Source of the DNA: Candidatus Staskawiczbacteria bacterium
Lineage (GTDB): Bacteria > Patescibacteriota > Minisyncoccia > Minisyncoccales > Staskawiczbacteraceae
DNA length: 64,000 nucleotides
NCBI GenBank assembly: GCA_903835075.1
Contig: CAILLM010000004.1
Location: 80,532 to 144,531, forward strand
Direction of reading: 5' to 3'
The number at the start of each line of letters is the position of its first letter. The stretch's first letter is position 1. Shown piece after piece: positions 20,546 to 30,457 of this stretch. The notes beneath the pieces were generated by a model that ran no database searches, had not been told where the DNA came from, and worked only from the letters and a program-made list of their open reading frames with translations. The position numbers and the translations under genes were made by a program.

Positions 20546-21163
20546 ATGGAAAATAACAAAAGAAATAAAATAATTTTATTAATTGCTATTGCGGTAATAG
20601 TTTTAGGAAGTATCGCAGGATATATTTATTGGGCTGTTTCTTCTAGTAATGTTTATGTAGAAAATTCTACTGTATCAGCACCTGTAATCAATGAAGTCCC
20701 TGCTGTTGGTGGAATTCTTCAAGAAGTTTTTGTAAATACAGGAGATATTGTACAAATGTCTGCTCCAATTGCAAGAGTAGGAAATGAATTATTAAAAGCT
20801 CAATCAGCTGGGCAAATTATGTCTATAAGCACAGACGTGGGCGCTTCCTATGGCCCAGGAAAAACTGTAGCCACAATGATTAATCCAGAAGACTTAAGGG
20901 TAGTTGGGCAAGTTCAAGAAGATAAAGGTTTGAAATTTATAAAAGTTGGGCAAACTGCTGTTTTTACTGTTGATGCATTTGGTTCGAAAAAATATTCAGG
21001 AATTGTTGATGAAATTTCTCCAACATCTAATGCGGGTGATATTGTTTTTAATATTTCTAACGCAAGGCAAGAAAATGATTTTGATGTTAAGGTGAGGTTT
21101 GATGCAACGCAATATCCAGAATTAAAAAATGGAATGTCAGCTAAACTTTGGATATACAAATAA
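20546..21163 (+). CDS. Short HlyD/EmrA-like adaptor lacking the coiled coil
   Basis: TM, lipoyl-like halves, IKVGQTAVFTVDAF, ELKNGMSA. Confidence 0.75.
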   Translation: MENNKRNKIILLIAIAVIVLGSIAGYIYWAVSSSNVYVENSTVSAPVINEVPAVGGILQEVFVNTGDIVQMSAPIARVGNELLKAQSAGQIMSISTDVGASYGPGKTVATMINPEDLRVVGQVQEDKGLKFIKVGQTAVFTVDAFGSKKYSGIVDEISPTSNAGDIVFNISNARQENDFDVKVRFDATQYPELKNGMSAKLWIYK

Positions 21164-21172
21164 TTATATTTA

Positions 21173-22669
21173 ATGGACGAAGACCACAAAAATTTTAAAT
21201 GGCTGGTATTGCTGACGGTAGTTATTGGAACTTTTTTAGGTAGGCTAGATCAAACAATTGTTAATTTAGCTTTACCAAAAATAATAACTGATTTTAGAAT
21301 TACTGTTACTTCTGCTAGTTGGATTGCAACCGCGTACATTTTAGCTAACGCGGTTTTTGTTCCTATTTGGGGAAAGCTTGGCGACACCATTGGTAGGAAA
21401 AAAGTTTATATTTGGGGTTTTGGAATTTTTATTTTTGGTTCAGCTTTAGCTGGGTTTGCATGGGATTTAAATTCCATGATTGTTTTTAGAATTATTCAGG
21501 CAATTGCCAGTTCAGCCGACTACCCAACAGCAATGGCAATTTTGGCGGTAACTTTTAGTCACGGGAAAGAAAGGGCGCAGGCACTTGGTTTGTGGTCTGT
21601 ATCGTTTGCAGCAGCTTCTGTTTTTGGGCCATTAATTGGAGGGCCCATGATTGATATTTTTGGCTGGAGGTCTATCTTTTTATTAAACATTCCAATTGGT
21701 ATTGTAGGAATTGTTATGGCTTTAATTTTCATAAGAGAATCTGTCTCAGAGCACAAAACAGTTCATTTTGATTGGTGGGGTGCTATCACCTTGGGATCGG
21801 CACTTTCTTCTTTGGTTTTGGTTTTAGATCAGGGAAGTATTTGGGGTTGGGTTTCGCTTTCTAGCGTAATTTGTTATATTGCCACAATTATTTTTACTAC
21901 AATATTTATACTTATTGAAGCAGGTGCTGACGAACCAATTGTTGATTTAAAGTTTTTCAAAAATAGTGTTTTTGTAAATACTATTGTAAATAATTTTGTT
22001 GTTTTTATGGCTTTAATGGGCGCGGTATTTTTAATCCCTATTTTTTGCCAAACTTATTTGGGTTATGACGCCACAAAAACCGGTTACATATTTATTCCAA
22101 TGGCATTTTTTATGGTAATTTCTTCGGCAATAGGTGGAAGTTTAACCGGGAAGTTAAAACCAAAATATATTATTTTTGCCAGCACACTTATTGCATCCAT
22201 AGGAGTTTTTATGTTTTCATTTTTAGATCCAAGGTCAACAATGTGGAGTGTTATTATCCCGCTTTCTGTTATGGCATTTGGTTTGGGCTTTGGAATGTCG
22301 CAACGTACAAATGTAATTACAGTTGTTGTTCCTGTTGAAGAAATGGGAATGGCTTCTTCGGTTTTAGCACTTGGAAGAAATATTGCCGGTTCATTTGGAA
22401 TTGCTATTTTTGGAACAATTTTAACAGACGCCACAAAAACAAATGTTTTAAATACTGCTTATCATAGTATTATTAATGTCACCAATTCAACGGTTTACCA
22501 AGAGGCAGTACAGTTGATTATTTTAAAATCTCAAATAGATGCTTATAAACCTGTTTTTTGGACAGCTTCAGCAGTTTTATTGGTTGGTGCATTTTTATCT
22601 TTGTTGATAAATGTTTCTAAAGATCAAATGACGCATGGCCATAAGGCAGAGGATTTTGTTGAAATTTAA
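21173..22669 (+). CDS. DHA2 family MFS efflux transporter (EmrB/QacA)
   Basis: LDQTIVNLALP, WGKLGDTIGRKK, GWRSIFLLNIPIG, about 14 TM. Confidence 0.92.
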   Translation: MDEDHKNFKWLVLLTVVIGTFLGRLDQTIVNLALPKIITDFRITVTSASWIATAYILANAVFVPIWGKLGDTIGRKKVYIWGFGIFIFGSALAGFAWDLNSMIVFRIIQAIASSADYPTAMAILAVTFSHGKERAQALGLWSVSFAAASVFGPLIGGPMIDIFGWRSIFLLNIPIGIVGIVMALIFIRESVSEHKTVHFDWWGAITLGSALSSLVLVLDQGSIWGWVSLSSVICYIATIIFTTIFILIEAGADEPIVDLKFFKNSVFVNTIVNNFVVFMALMGAVFLIPIFCQTYLGYDATKTGYIFIPMAFFMVISSAIGGSLTGKLKPKYIIFASTLIASIGVFMFSFLDPRSTMWSVIIPLSVMAFGLGFGMSQRTNVITVVVPVEEMGMASSVLALGRNIAGSFGIAIFGTILTDATKTNVLNTAYHSIINVTNSTVYQEAVQLIILKSQIDAYKPVFWTASAVLLVGAFLSLLINVSKDQMTHGHKAEDFVEI

Positions 22670-22709
22670 AAAAGGAGTATAATTAAGTTAATATAATTAG
22701 ACGAGTTAG

Positions 22710-22799
22710 GTGTTCAGCGAAATTTATAGCAGTAATGTATAAATATATCTTGCTAAAATTTCGAAGCAATCGTGTTCGCCTCGCTCACACGACCGTGTT
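22710..22799. repeat. Hairpin-rich element upstream of a small membrane gene
   Basis: CGAAATTT/AAATTTCG stem (22718-22763), TCGTGT/ACACGA stem (22770-22792), GTGTT at both ends. Confidence 0.45.
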
Positions 22800-23052
22800 T
22801 TTTGCAATAATATTTATAGCAATAGGTTTAGCATTATTACTTAATTCTTTGGGGTGGTTTGTTGGAATGTGGCAAATTTTTTGGGGAATAATCTTTTTAG
22901 CAGTTGGAATTAGAATGTGCATGAAGCAAGGAGGTTGCCCTATGTGCGAAGGTCATATATGGAAAAATAAAATGGTAGGAAAGATGCATGATCACGGATG
23001 TGATTGTGAGCACGAATGTGAAGAAAAACCACGTGCTAATAAAAAGAAATAA
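22795..23052 (+). CDS. Small 2-TM membrane protein with Cys/His-rich tail
   Basis: In-frame GTG gives MFFAIIFIAIGLALLLNSLG...; tail CPMC..HDHGCDCEHEC; track start 22735 lies within the hairpin element. Confidence 0.65.
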   Translation: MFFAIIFIAIGLALLLNSLGWFVGMWQIFWGIIFLAVGIRMCMKQGGCPMCEGHIWKNKMVGKMHDHGCDCEHECEEKPRANKKK

Positions 23053-23053
23053 A

Positions 23054-23479
23054 ATGGCACTTTGGATTATATATTCAATTTTGTCAGCGGTATTTGCCGC
23101 AATGGTTGCAATATTTGGGAAGATAGGTTTGCAAAATATTGATTCTACGCTAGCAACTACAGTTAGAGCCATTGTTATGGCTCTATTTCTGTTTATAATT
23201 TCTTTGTCTTTGGGTAAATTTAGTATGCTGCATACAATAAAAAATAAAACATTATTTTTTATTGTTTTATCTGGGGTGGCTGGAGCAATGTCGTGGCTGT
23301 TTTATTTTTTGGCTCTGAAAACAGGAATTGTTACTGGCGTGGCGGCAATAGATAGATTATCTGTTGTATTCGTAGTTATTTTTGCAGCATTATTCCTAAG
23401 CGAAAGCTTAACTTGGTACACAGCTATTGGTGCACTATTCATGGTAATAGGCGCTATTCTAATGGTAATCAAAAAGTAA
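23054..23479 (+). CDS. EamA/DMT family transporter
   Basis: AIFGKIGLQNIDSTLATTVR, SWLFYFLALK, IDRLSVV; ATG 23054 preferred. Confidence 0.9.
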   Translation: MALWIIYSILSAVFAAMVAIFGKIGLQNIDSTLATTVRAIVMALFLFIISLSLGKFSMLHTIKNKTLFFIVLSGVAGAMSWLFYFLALKTGIVTGVAAIDRLSVVFVVIFAALFLSESLTWYTAIGALFMVIGAILMVIKK

Positions 23480-23480
23480 A

Positions 23481-23518
23481 TTAGCACTCTTGACACGAGA
23501 TTGCTAATTTTGTAATAT
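23481..23518 (+). promoter_or_regulatory. CIRCE operator overlapping a sigma70 promoter
   Basis: TTAGCACTC-N9-GATTGCTAA (1 mismatch to CIRCE) at 23481-23507; TTGACA 23490-N17-TAATAT 23513. Confidence 0.9.
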
Positions 23519-23526
23519 AGGTATAT

Positions 23527-23931
23527 ATGATTACCGAGAGACAAGAAAAACTTCTAGACTTTCTTATTAGAGAGTATATAAGCACAGCAGAACCTGTGGG
23601 TTCTTTGGCTTTAAAAAAAGTTTGTGATTTAGAGGTTTGTGGAGCAACCATAAGAAACGATTTGCAGGCACTAACAAAAGAAGGTTATATTGAACAGCCA
23701 CATACTTCGGCAGGTAGAATCCCAACAAGAAAAGCCTATAAGCATTTTTCTGAGCAACTTGAGCAGAAAAGACAAAAGGAGTTTGATGATTTCATAGTGC
23801 GACAAGTTCGTTTTGCTCATGAAGAAATGGCCCGTGAGATGCGAAGAATGGAAGAATTAATGCAATCACTTGAACAAGATAATTTTTTTGAAATATTAAT
23901 TACAATAGAACAATGGCACAAGAAGATATAA
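23527..23931 (+). CDS. hrcA: Heat-inducible repressor HrcA, short form (wHTH domain plus short helical tail)
   Basis: ERQEKLL..LIREYISTAEPVGS, ATIRNDL..L...GYIEQPHTSAGRIPT; only 134 aa; downstream of CIRCE. Confidence 0.85.
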   Translation: MITERQEKLLDFLIREYISTAEPVGSLALKKVCDLEVCGATIRNDLQALTKEGYIEQPHTSAGRIPTRKAYKHFSEQLEQKRQKEFDDFIVRQVRFAHEEMAREMRRMEELMQSLEQDNFFEILITIEQWHKKI

Positions 23932-24398
23932 AAATTGACGAAGTCGAGGAAATAAAAAAACAACTCGAAGAAGCGAAAGTTAAGTGCGAAGAATATTTAA
24001 ACGGTTGGAAGCGTGAGCGTGCAGATTTTTTGAACTACAAAAAAGATGAAATGGAGCGCATTGGCCAGTTAGTAAAATATTCTAATGAGGAGTTAATTTT
24101 AAAAATTATTCCAATTTTAGATAATATCTATTTAGCTGAAGCTCATGTGCCCGAAAAACTGAAAGGTAATGCTTGGATTAACGGCTTTAATTTAATAAAG
24201 AATCAATTGTCTGAATTTTTAACAAAAGAGGGAATTGAACCCATAGAAGTTTTAGGCAAAACTTTTGACGCAAATTTAATGGAAATTATTGGCGAGACCG
24301 AGGGTGACCAACCCAACGTAGTAACAGAAGAAGCCCAACGCGGCTATACAATGAATGAAAAATTAATTAGAGTAGCTAAAGTTAAAATATCTAAATAA
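23913..24398 (+). CDS. grpE: Nucleotide exchange factor GrpE
   Basis: WKRERADFLNYKK, IIPILDN, QRGYTMNEKLIRVAKV. Confidence 0.93.
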   Translation: MAQEDIKIDEVEEIKKQLEEAKVKCEEYLNGWKRERADFLNYKKDEMERIGQLVKYSNEELILKIIPILDNIYLAEAHVPEKLKGNAWINGFNLIKNQLSEFLTKEGIEPIEVLGKTFDANLMEIIGETEGDQPNVVTEEAQRGYTMNEKLIRVAKVKISK

Positions 24399-24402
24399 AA
24401 AT

Positions 24403-24876
24403 ATGGCAGAAATTTATCAAACAAAAAACTTTATAGTTGAATCAGCAGAAGCTCCCCACGTAACAAGAGCAGATGGCGGGCATATTAGAATTCTTCCAAA
24501 AGAAAAAGTTTCCGATAGAACTAAGCTTTCACCGCAACTTGCAATTGAATTGATGCGTTTAACGATGGTGGCGGGAGAGGCAATGACAACTGTCATGAAC
24601 AAAAGAGGCGTTGATATTGGAAGAATAAATTACCAAGACAATGGAAACTGGACGGTGTTTTTTCCTGAAGGACCAGTTTTGCACATACACCTTTATGGAA
24701 GAGCTAAAAGTGCAAAAATTAATAAATATGGAGATGCTTGTCATTTTCCTAATAGAGATACAGGTTTTTACGATAATTTTGAACCGCTTAATAAAGATGA
24801 TGTTTTGGGAATAAAAGAAGAAATGGAAAAAATATTTACAGAAGATAAATATTCTGACAAAACCTGGGGAATATAA
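24403..24876 (+). CDS. HIT-like family protein
   Basis: DGGHIRI, RINYQDNGNW, LHIHLYGR. Confidence 0.7.
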   Translation: MAEIYQTKNFIVESAEAPHVTRADGGHIRILPKEKVSDRTKLSPQLAIELMRLTMVAGEAMTTVMNKRGVDIGRINYQDNGNWTVFFPEGPVLHIHLYGRAKSAKINKYGDACHFPNRDTGFYDNFEPLNKDDVLGIKEEMEKIFTEDKYSDKTWGI

Positions 24877-24893
24877 TATTTAAGTCAGATAAT

Positions 24894-25352
24894 ATGAATG
24901 AAAATGGAGAAATAAAATTAAGGCGGGCTACTTTGGAAGATGTTGATAACGTATTAGAAATTGAGAAGACGGCTGATGGGGTTAAAACTTATTCTGCGCT
25001 GACAGATAGAAGTGATGTTATAAAATATATTGCAAATGATATTTTTTATATAATTGAAAAAAATAATGAAATTGCTGGCAATGTGTCGTACGAATTGAAG
25101 GACAATAACCATGCATACTTGAGCGGACTAGTAATATTGCCAAAATATCAGGGGCAGGGAATAGCAAGGCGGGCGATTGGCATGATTTTGGAAGAGTTAA
25201 AAGATGTTAAGCAAATTGAGCTTTTTACACATCCCGAAAATAAAAAATCGATTGGATTATATATATCTTTTGGTTTTAAAAAAACAGGAGAGCAAATAGA
25301 AAATTATTTTGGTGACGGCGAACCAAGAATTAAAATGATTTTAGAAAAATAA
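24894..25352 (+). CDS. GNAT family N-acetyltransferase
   Basis: VILPKYQGQGIA, HPENKKSIGLYISFGF, ENYFGDGEPR. Confidence 0.9.
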   Translation: MNENGEIKLRRATLEDVDNVLEIEKTADGVKTYSALTDRSDVIKYIANDIFYIIEKNNEIAGNVSYELKDNNHAYLSGLVILPKYQGQGIARRAIGMILEELKDVKQIELFTHPENKKSIGLYISFGFKKTGEQIENYFGDGEPRIKMILEK

Positions 25353-25362
25353 AAATTAGTAA

Positions 25363-25785
25363 ATGAAACAAGAAAGAAGTACGATAATAAAATCGATTAC
25401 GACGCCATTGGGATTTTTTGCTTTAGCCTTATTGATCGCAGAAGGCTTCCTAGGGATAGTCCTAATTTTTTCGAAAGGAAATTTAAGTGAAAGTTTTTAT
25501 TTTTGGGGGATGATTATTGGTGCCGTCTTGTTTGTTATAGTTATCGTTTTAGTTTTTATTTTAGTTTGGTATCGTACAGATAAGATTGTCTCTAGCGGGA
25601 AAGATTGGTTAGACCGAGAGAAATTAAATGCAAAAATAAATAAAAATGCGCCATTAAAGGAGGACCTAAAGAGTACCAATGAAACTACAGAGGAAAAACC
25701 GAGTTATTATTATCCCGAGCTAACTGAGGAAGAAAAAGAAGAAATAATTAGAGAAATGGAATTAGAAAAGAAAATAGGTGAATAA
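25363..25785 (+). CDS. Hypothetical 2-TM membrane protein
   Basis: ITTPLGFFALALLIAEG, second TM, acidic cytoplasmic tail. Confidence 0.7.
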   Translation: MKQERSTIIKSITTPLGFFALALLIAEGFLGIVLIFSKGNLSESFYFWGMIIGAVLFVIVIVLVFILVWYRTDKIVSSGKDWLDREKLNAKINKNAPLKEDLKSTNETTEEKPSYYYPELTEEEKEEIIREMELEKKIGE

Positions 25786-25809
25786 TAAAAAATAAATAAA
25801 AATATTATT

Positions 25810-26520
25810 ATGGCAGAAAAATTGCAGGAAAAAATAAAAGATATAAAAAAATCTATAGTTGCGATAGGATTTAGCCCTAATCCGGAACAAATCACGATAA
25901 TAGGAAGTGGCTTTATCGTCTCCGAAGAAGGGGTGGTGGTCACTGTTGCACATTTGTTTAATAGTCTTAACGACGAGCAAATAAAAAATTTAAAAGCCAA
26001 TGTGATGCTAAGCGAGCAGAGTAAAGATTCAGAAGTTTATAAATGGATACCGTTGACCATGGATAAGAACAAAATGAGTGTCAAGGACGATATAGCTGTT
26101 TTAAAATTGGATTTAAATCAAGAAAAAGATATTAAATTAACAAAACTAGAATTGGAGGATTCTGATAGCGTGGAAATAGGACAAGAAGCATATTTCATAG
26201 GTTTCCCATACGCTGCACAATTAATGAATAGTGGATTCGGTGTAACGTTGATAGTCAACAGAGGAATTGTTAGCAATATAAAGAGGGATGGAGTTGACCC
26301 AAAACATCCTAGAAATTGGTTTATTATTGATGCAATTAGTAACCCTGGCAATAGCGGTTGTCCAATAATTGATGTAGAAAGCAATAAAGTGATTGGAGTG
26401 ATGAGTATTTCTTTCAGAACTCCTTCTGTAAATCCAAAATATAGCGATTTAGAAATTCGGGAGCCGATGCATATTGCCGGAGCAAAGCCAATAAATTTAG
26501 TGAAAGAATTATTAAAATGA
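25810..26520 (+). CDS. Trypsin-like (S1) serine protease without signal peptide
   Basis: GSGF..VTVAH, DIAVLKL, NPGNSGCP: intact His/Asp/Ser triad. Confidence 0.9.
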   Translation: MAEKLQEKIKDIKKSIVAIGFSPNPEQITIIGSGFIVSEEGVVVTVAHLFNSLNDEQIKNLKANVMLSEQSKDSEVYKWIPLTMDKNKMSVKDDIAVLKLDLNQEKDIKLTKLELEDSDSVEIGQEAYFIGFPYAAQLMNSGFGVTLIVNRGIVSNIKRDGVDPKHPRNWFIIDAISNPGNSGCPIIDVESNKVIGVMSISFRTPSVNPKYSDLEIREPMHIAGAKPINLVKELLK

Positions 26521-26538
26521 TAATTAAAAGATAAAATC

Positions 26539-27003
26539 ATGCCATTATTTAATTTATATAAAAAGTTGACGGAAGATCCTAAAAAAGTGTTAGAGGACAA
26601 AATCAAGAAACAGGAAGATAGGATTGATTTATTTTCAAATAGTCTGAAAGAAACAATTGAACGTGAGAGAGAATCGAGCAGGCACATGATGGAAAAAAAT
26701 CCTAAATATTGGGAAAATAGTTTTGCACATATAATAGAAGCACGGACAGAAAAAATCAAAATAAAATATTTCATTTTAGCGGAAAAATTTAGATATGAAA
26801 CGGAGAAAAAATTAAATATTACAGAAGACTGGGCTAATTATCTGAAAAAAGCAGATATGTCGATTGATAATGTGGAACATCCCGAAGCACAAGGGCAGGA
26901 GGCGACTAAGGAAGATATAGAAGAGTGGAAAGAAAATAACGAACGGCTTTATGTCGAAATAAATGAGATAGAAGATAGATTCGATAAATTATTAAAAGAT
27001 TAA
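26539..27003 (+). CDS. Hypothetical helical protein
   Basis: 154 aa ORF in operon orientation, charged/helical. Confidence 0.6.
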   Translation: MPLFNLYKKLTEDPKKVLEDKIKKQEDRIDLFSNSLKETIERERESSRHMMEKNPKYWENSFAHIIEARTEKIKIKYFILAEKFRYETEKKLNITEDWANYLKKADMSIDNVEHPEAQGQEATKEDIEEWKENNERLYVEINEIEDRFDKLLKD

Positions 27004-27013
27004 AATTATATCT

Positions 27014-27187
27014 ATGATAGATTTTAAAAAATTGCACGAATTACAGCAAGAATATCTTATGCTTTTGGAGGCGGATCCTTTGAATAGTATTGCGGCCGTA
27101 ACTTATAGAAGCAAGGGTATCTCCATTGATGAAAGTGAAAATGAAATTAAAAGATTGGAAGCATTAATCAGGGAATTAAAAAAATAA
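27014..27187 (+). CDS. Small hypothetical protein (57 aa, not in ORF track)
   Basis: MIDFKKLHELQQEYLMLLEADPLNSIAAVTYRSKGISIDESENEIKRLEALIRELKK* fills the gap before dnaK. Confidence 0.5.
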   Translation: MIDFKKLHELQQEYLMLLEADPLNSIAAVTYRSKGISIDESENEIKRLEALIRELKK

Positions 27188-27225
27188 TAAAAAAAACAAA
27201 TTAATTAATAAATAAAAAAAACATT

Positions 27226-29178
27226 ATGTCAAAAATATTAGGAATTGATTTAGGTACAACTAATTCGGCTATGGCCATTGTAGAAGGTGGTGATGCAAAA
27301 ATAATTGAAAATAAAGAAGGCGCAAGAACTACGCCTTCGATTGTGGCTGTTACAAAATTTGGGGAAAGAACAGTTGGTGTTTTGGCAAAAAGACAAGCTG
27401 TCACAAACCCGCAAAATACAATTTTTTCAGTTAAGAGATTAATTGGAAGAAAATTTTCTGACCCAGAAGTTCAGAAAGATAAAAAAACATTACCTTACGA
27501 GATTAAAGAATCAGCTGACGGTGGAGTCGATGTTAAAATGGGTGACAAATGGTTAAATCCAGCAGAAATTTCAGCAATGATTTTGCAAAAGTTAAAAGCT
27601 GATGCGGAAGCAAAAATTGGTGAAACAATTACAGATGCAATTATAACTTGCCCAGCATATTTTGATGACTCACAAAGAAAAGCTACAAAAATTGCCGGAG
27701 AAATTGCAGGCTTTAATGTAAGAAGAGTTATAAACGAACCAACTGCAGCAGCTTTGGCCTATGGATTAAATAAAAAGAAAGATGAGAAAATTGTAGTTTA
27801 TGACTTTGGTGGTGGAACTTTTGATGTAACAGCAATGGAAATTGTAGCCTCAGAAGGTGAAGATAAAGAGCAACAGGGAAGTATTGAAGTAAAATCAACT
27901 GGTGGTGACACTCACTTGGGTGGAGATGATTTTGACCAAAAAATTATGCATTGGATTGTTGCCGAATTCAAAAAAAATAGTGGAGTTGATCTTTCAAAAG
28001 ACAATTCAGCTTTGCAAAGAATCAAAGAAGCGGCTGAAAAAGCAAAAATTGAATTGTCTAGCAGTATAGAAGCTCAAATTAATTTGCCATTTATCACTTC
28101 AGATCAAGAAGGTCCAAAACACTTGGATTTAAAATTGAAACGCGCTGAGTTTGAAAATATGGTACAGGAAGACATTGATAGATCTATTAGCTTGTTAAAA
28201 CAAACATTGAAGGAATCTGGCTGGGAAGTAAAAGACATTAATGAAATTGTGTTGGTGGGCGGGCAAACAAGAATGCCAAAAATTCAAGAAGAAATTAAAA
28301 AACTTTTTGGCAAAGAACCAAACAAAGAAGTTAACCCCGATGAAGTTGTTGCAATTGGAGCTGCTATTCAGGGTGGAATTATGCAAGGAACAGCTGGAAA
28401 AGATGTTTTATTGCTTGATGTAACTCCATTATCTTTAGGAATTGAAACATTTGGTGGAGTAGATACAATTTTAATTGCAAAAAATACAACTGTGCCAACT
28501 TCAAAAAACCAAACTTTCTCAACAGCTGCTGACAGCCAGCCAAGTGTTGAAATCCATGTTTTGCAGGGTGAGCGTCCAATGGCTGCAGACAATAAAACAT
28601 TAGGTAGGTTTATGCTTGATGGAATTCCGCCAGCACCACGAGGCGTGCCACAAATTGAAGTTTCTTTTGACATTGATGCAAATGGAATTTTAAATGTTTC
28701 AGCAAAAGATAAGGCAACAGGAAAATCACAATCAATTAAAATTGAAGGTTCTTCAGGAATTTCGAAGGACGAAGTTGAAAGAATGAAAAAAGATGCAGAA
28801 ATGCACGCAACTGATGACAAAAAGAAACAAGAAGAAATTGAAGTTAAAAATACTGCAGATGCTTTGGTTTATACTTGTGAAAAAACTCTAAAAGATGCTG
28901 GTGACAAAGTAAAACCAGAAGATAAAAAAGACGTTGAGGACAAAATAACTGCCTTGAAAGAAGCACAAAAGGGTGATAATATGGAAGAAATTAAAGTAAA
29001 AACTAAAGAACTTTCCGAATTAATGCAAAAAGTTGGGGGAGAACTATATAAACAAGAGCAAACCCAAACTAACCCAGATGAAAAAGATATCCCACCCGCC
29101 TCCGCCGAAGGCTCTGGCGAGGCAAAGAAAGAAAATCAGCCAGAAGCTGAAGAAGGGAAGTTTAAAGAAGAGAAATAA
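27226..29178 (+). CDS. dnaK: Chaperone DnaK
   Basis: [41 protein letters not shown]. Confidence 0.98.
   Translation: MSKILGIDLGTTNSAMAIVEGGDAKIIENKEGARTTPSIVAVTKFGERTVGVLAKRQAVTNPQNTIFSVKRLIGRKFSDPEVQKDKKTLPYEIKESADGGVDVKMGDKWLNPAEISAMILQKLKADAEAKIGETITDAIITCPAYFDDSQRKATKIAGEIAGFNVRRVINEPTAAALAYGLNKKKDEKIVVYDFGGGTFDVTAMEIVASEGEDKEQQGSIEVKSTGGDTHLGGDDFDQKIMHWIVAEFKKNSGVDLSKDNSALQRIKEAAEKAKIELSSSIEAQINLPFITSDQEGPKHLDLKLKRAEFENMVQEDIDRSISLLKQTLKESGWEVKDINEIVLVGGQTRMPKIQEEIKKLFGKEPNKEVNPDEVVAIGAAIQGGIMQGTAGKDVLLLDVTPLSLGIETFGGVDTILIAKNTTVPTSKNQTFSTAADSQPSVEIHVLQGERPMAADNKTLGRFMLDGIPPAPRGVPQIEVSFDIDANGILNVSAKDKATGKSQSIKIEGSSGISKDEVERMKKDAEMHATDDKKKQEEIEVKNTADALVYTCEKTLKDAGDKVKPEDKKDVEDKITALKEAQKGDNMEEIKVKTKELSELMQKVGGELYKQEQTQTNPDEKDIPPASAEGSGEAKKENQPEAEEGKFKEEK
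29098..29123. repeat. Palindromic element in frame in the dnaK tail (family [10 protein letters not shown])
   Basis: GCCTCCGCCGAAGGCTCTGGCGAGGC hairpin. Confidence 0.7.
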
Positions 29179-29313
29179 TAGCGCTCGGGAAATGGTTTTA
29201 CGCTAGCGTTCGTTGCGCCAGCGCGCAACTCACTCAGGCTTCGGCAATTTTTCGCCTTCGGCGAACCATGCAAAATTGCCTGCAGGGTACGCTACAAATC
29301 ATTTCCCTCGCTA
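29179..29313. other. 135-bp highly structured intergenic element (MITE-like or ncRNA)
   Basis: Nested inverted repeats TAGCG/CGCTA, GGGAAATGGTTT/AAATCATTTCCC, TAGCGT/ACGCTA, plus internal hairpins. Confidence 0.7.
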
Positions 29314-29322
29314 CAATCATTT

Positions 29323-30438
29323 ATGGATTATTACGAACTTCTTGGGGTGCAGAAGACTGCATCTGAGGATGAGATAAAAAAAGCATTTCATAAACTAGCC
29401 CACAAATATCACCCAGATAAAGGTGGTGATGAAAAAAAGTTTAAAGAAATAAACGAGGCCTATCAAGTGCTTTCAGATAAACAAAAAAGAGCTCAGTACG
29501 ATCAGTACGGAAGAGTTTTTGATCAAGGCGCTGGTGATGCAGGGCAAGGTTTTAATTGGGCTTGGGGAAACGGAGCACAAGGCGAAGGCGTTGAATTTGA
29601 TATGGGTGATATTGGCGATGTATTTGAAGAATTTTTTGGAGCAGGTGCTTTTGGTGGAGGAAGACGAGCAACAAAAAAAGATGCTAGAAAAGGAAAAGAT
29701 ATACAAGTTGATATTGAAATTAATTTAGAAAGAACTTTGAAAGAATCTGTTGAAAAAATAAACTTAGCAAAACAAGTTGTTTGTAACAGGTGTGCAGGTG
29801 TAGGGGCTGAGCCAGGCACAAAAGTAAAAGAATGTTTTTCTTGCAGGGGTTCAGGGCAAGTTCAACAAGTTAAGAAAACAATTTTTGGAAGTTTTACTTC
29901 TTTGGGTGTTTGCCCTGAATGTAAGGGTGAGGGAACAATTCCCGAAAAGCCATGTAATGTTTGTAAAGGTGAAGGCCGAACAAAGGGTCAAGAAACAATA
30001 GATGTTACAATTCCCGCAGGCATTGATACTAATCAAGTTATAAGAATTGATGGAAAAGGTGAGGCAGGAAGAAAAGGCGCTAAAGCAGGGAATTTGTTTG
30101 TGCGAATTTTTGTTAAAAAACATAATGTATTTGATAGAAGGGGGGATGACTTGTTTAGTTTTGTAGATATTAATTTTTCACAGGCTGCAATGGGAGATAA
30201 TGTTGAAATGAAAATATTGGATGGGGACCTGCCAACCGGCAGGCAGGCAAACATTTTACTGGAAGTTCCCGCAGGCACGGAAACAGGTAAAGTTTTAAGG
30301 ATTTCTGGGAAGGGAATTCCGCATTTTGGAGGATATGGCAGGGGAAACTTGTATGTTGAATTTAAGGTAAAAACACCTAAAAAATTGTCTAAAAAACAGA
30401 AAGAATTGTTTGAGAGATTGAAAGAAGAAGGATTTTAG
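29323..30438 (+). CDS. dnaJ: Chaperone DnaJ
   Basis: J domain HPD, G/F region, four CxxCxGxG repeats. Confidence 0.97.
   Translation: MDYYELLGVQKTASEDEIKKAFHKLAHKYHPDKGGDEKKFKEINEAYQVLSDKQKRAQYDQYGRVFDQGAGDAGQGFNWAWGNGAQGEGVEFDMGDIGDVFEEFFGAGAFGGGRRATKKDARKGKDIQVDIEINLERTLKESVEKINLAKQVVCNRCAGVGAEPGTKVKECFSCRGSGQVQQVKKTIFGSFTSLGVCPECKGEGTIPEKPCNVCKGEGRTKGQETIDVTIPAGIDTNQVIRIDGKGEAGRKGAKAGNLFVRIFVKKHNVFDRRGDDLFSFVDINFSQAAMGDNVEMKILDGDLPTGRQANILLEVPAGTETGKVLRISGKGIPHFGGYGRGNLYVEFKVKTPKKLSKKQKELFERLKEEGF
30228..30247. repeat. Palindromic element in frame in dnaJ (family C; LPTGRQ)
   Basis: CCTGCCAACCGGCAGGCAGG; adds about 7 aa between LDG and the following strand. Confidence 0.75.
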
Positions 30439-30457
30439 TGTAATATGGGTAACATAT

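Noticed and set aside
26118..26774. 218-aa antisense ORF (and similar shadow ORFs across the window)
   Set aside because: Antisense to well-supported genes, with Phe/Ser/Leu-rich shadow composition
24403..27187. Integron cassette array
   Set aside because: Gaps are too short for attC sites and there is no integron integrase
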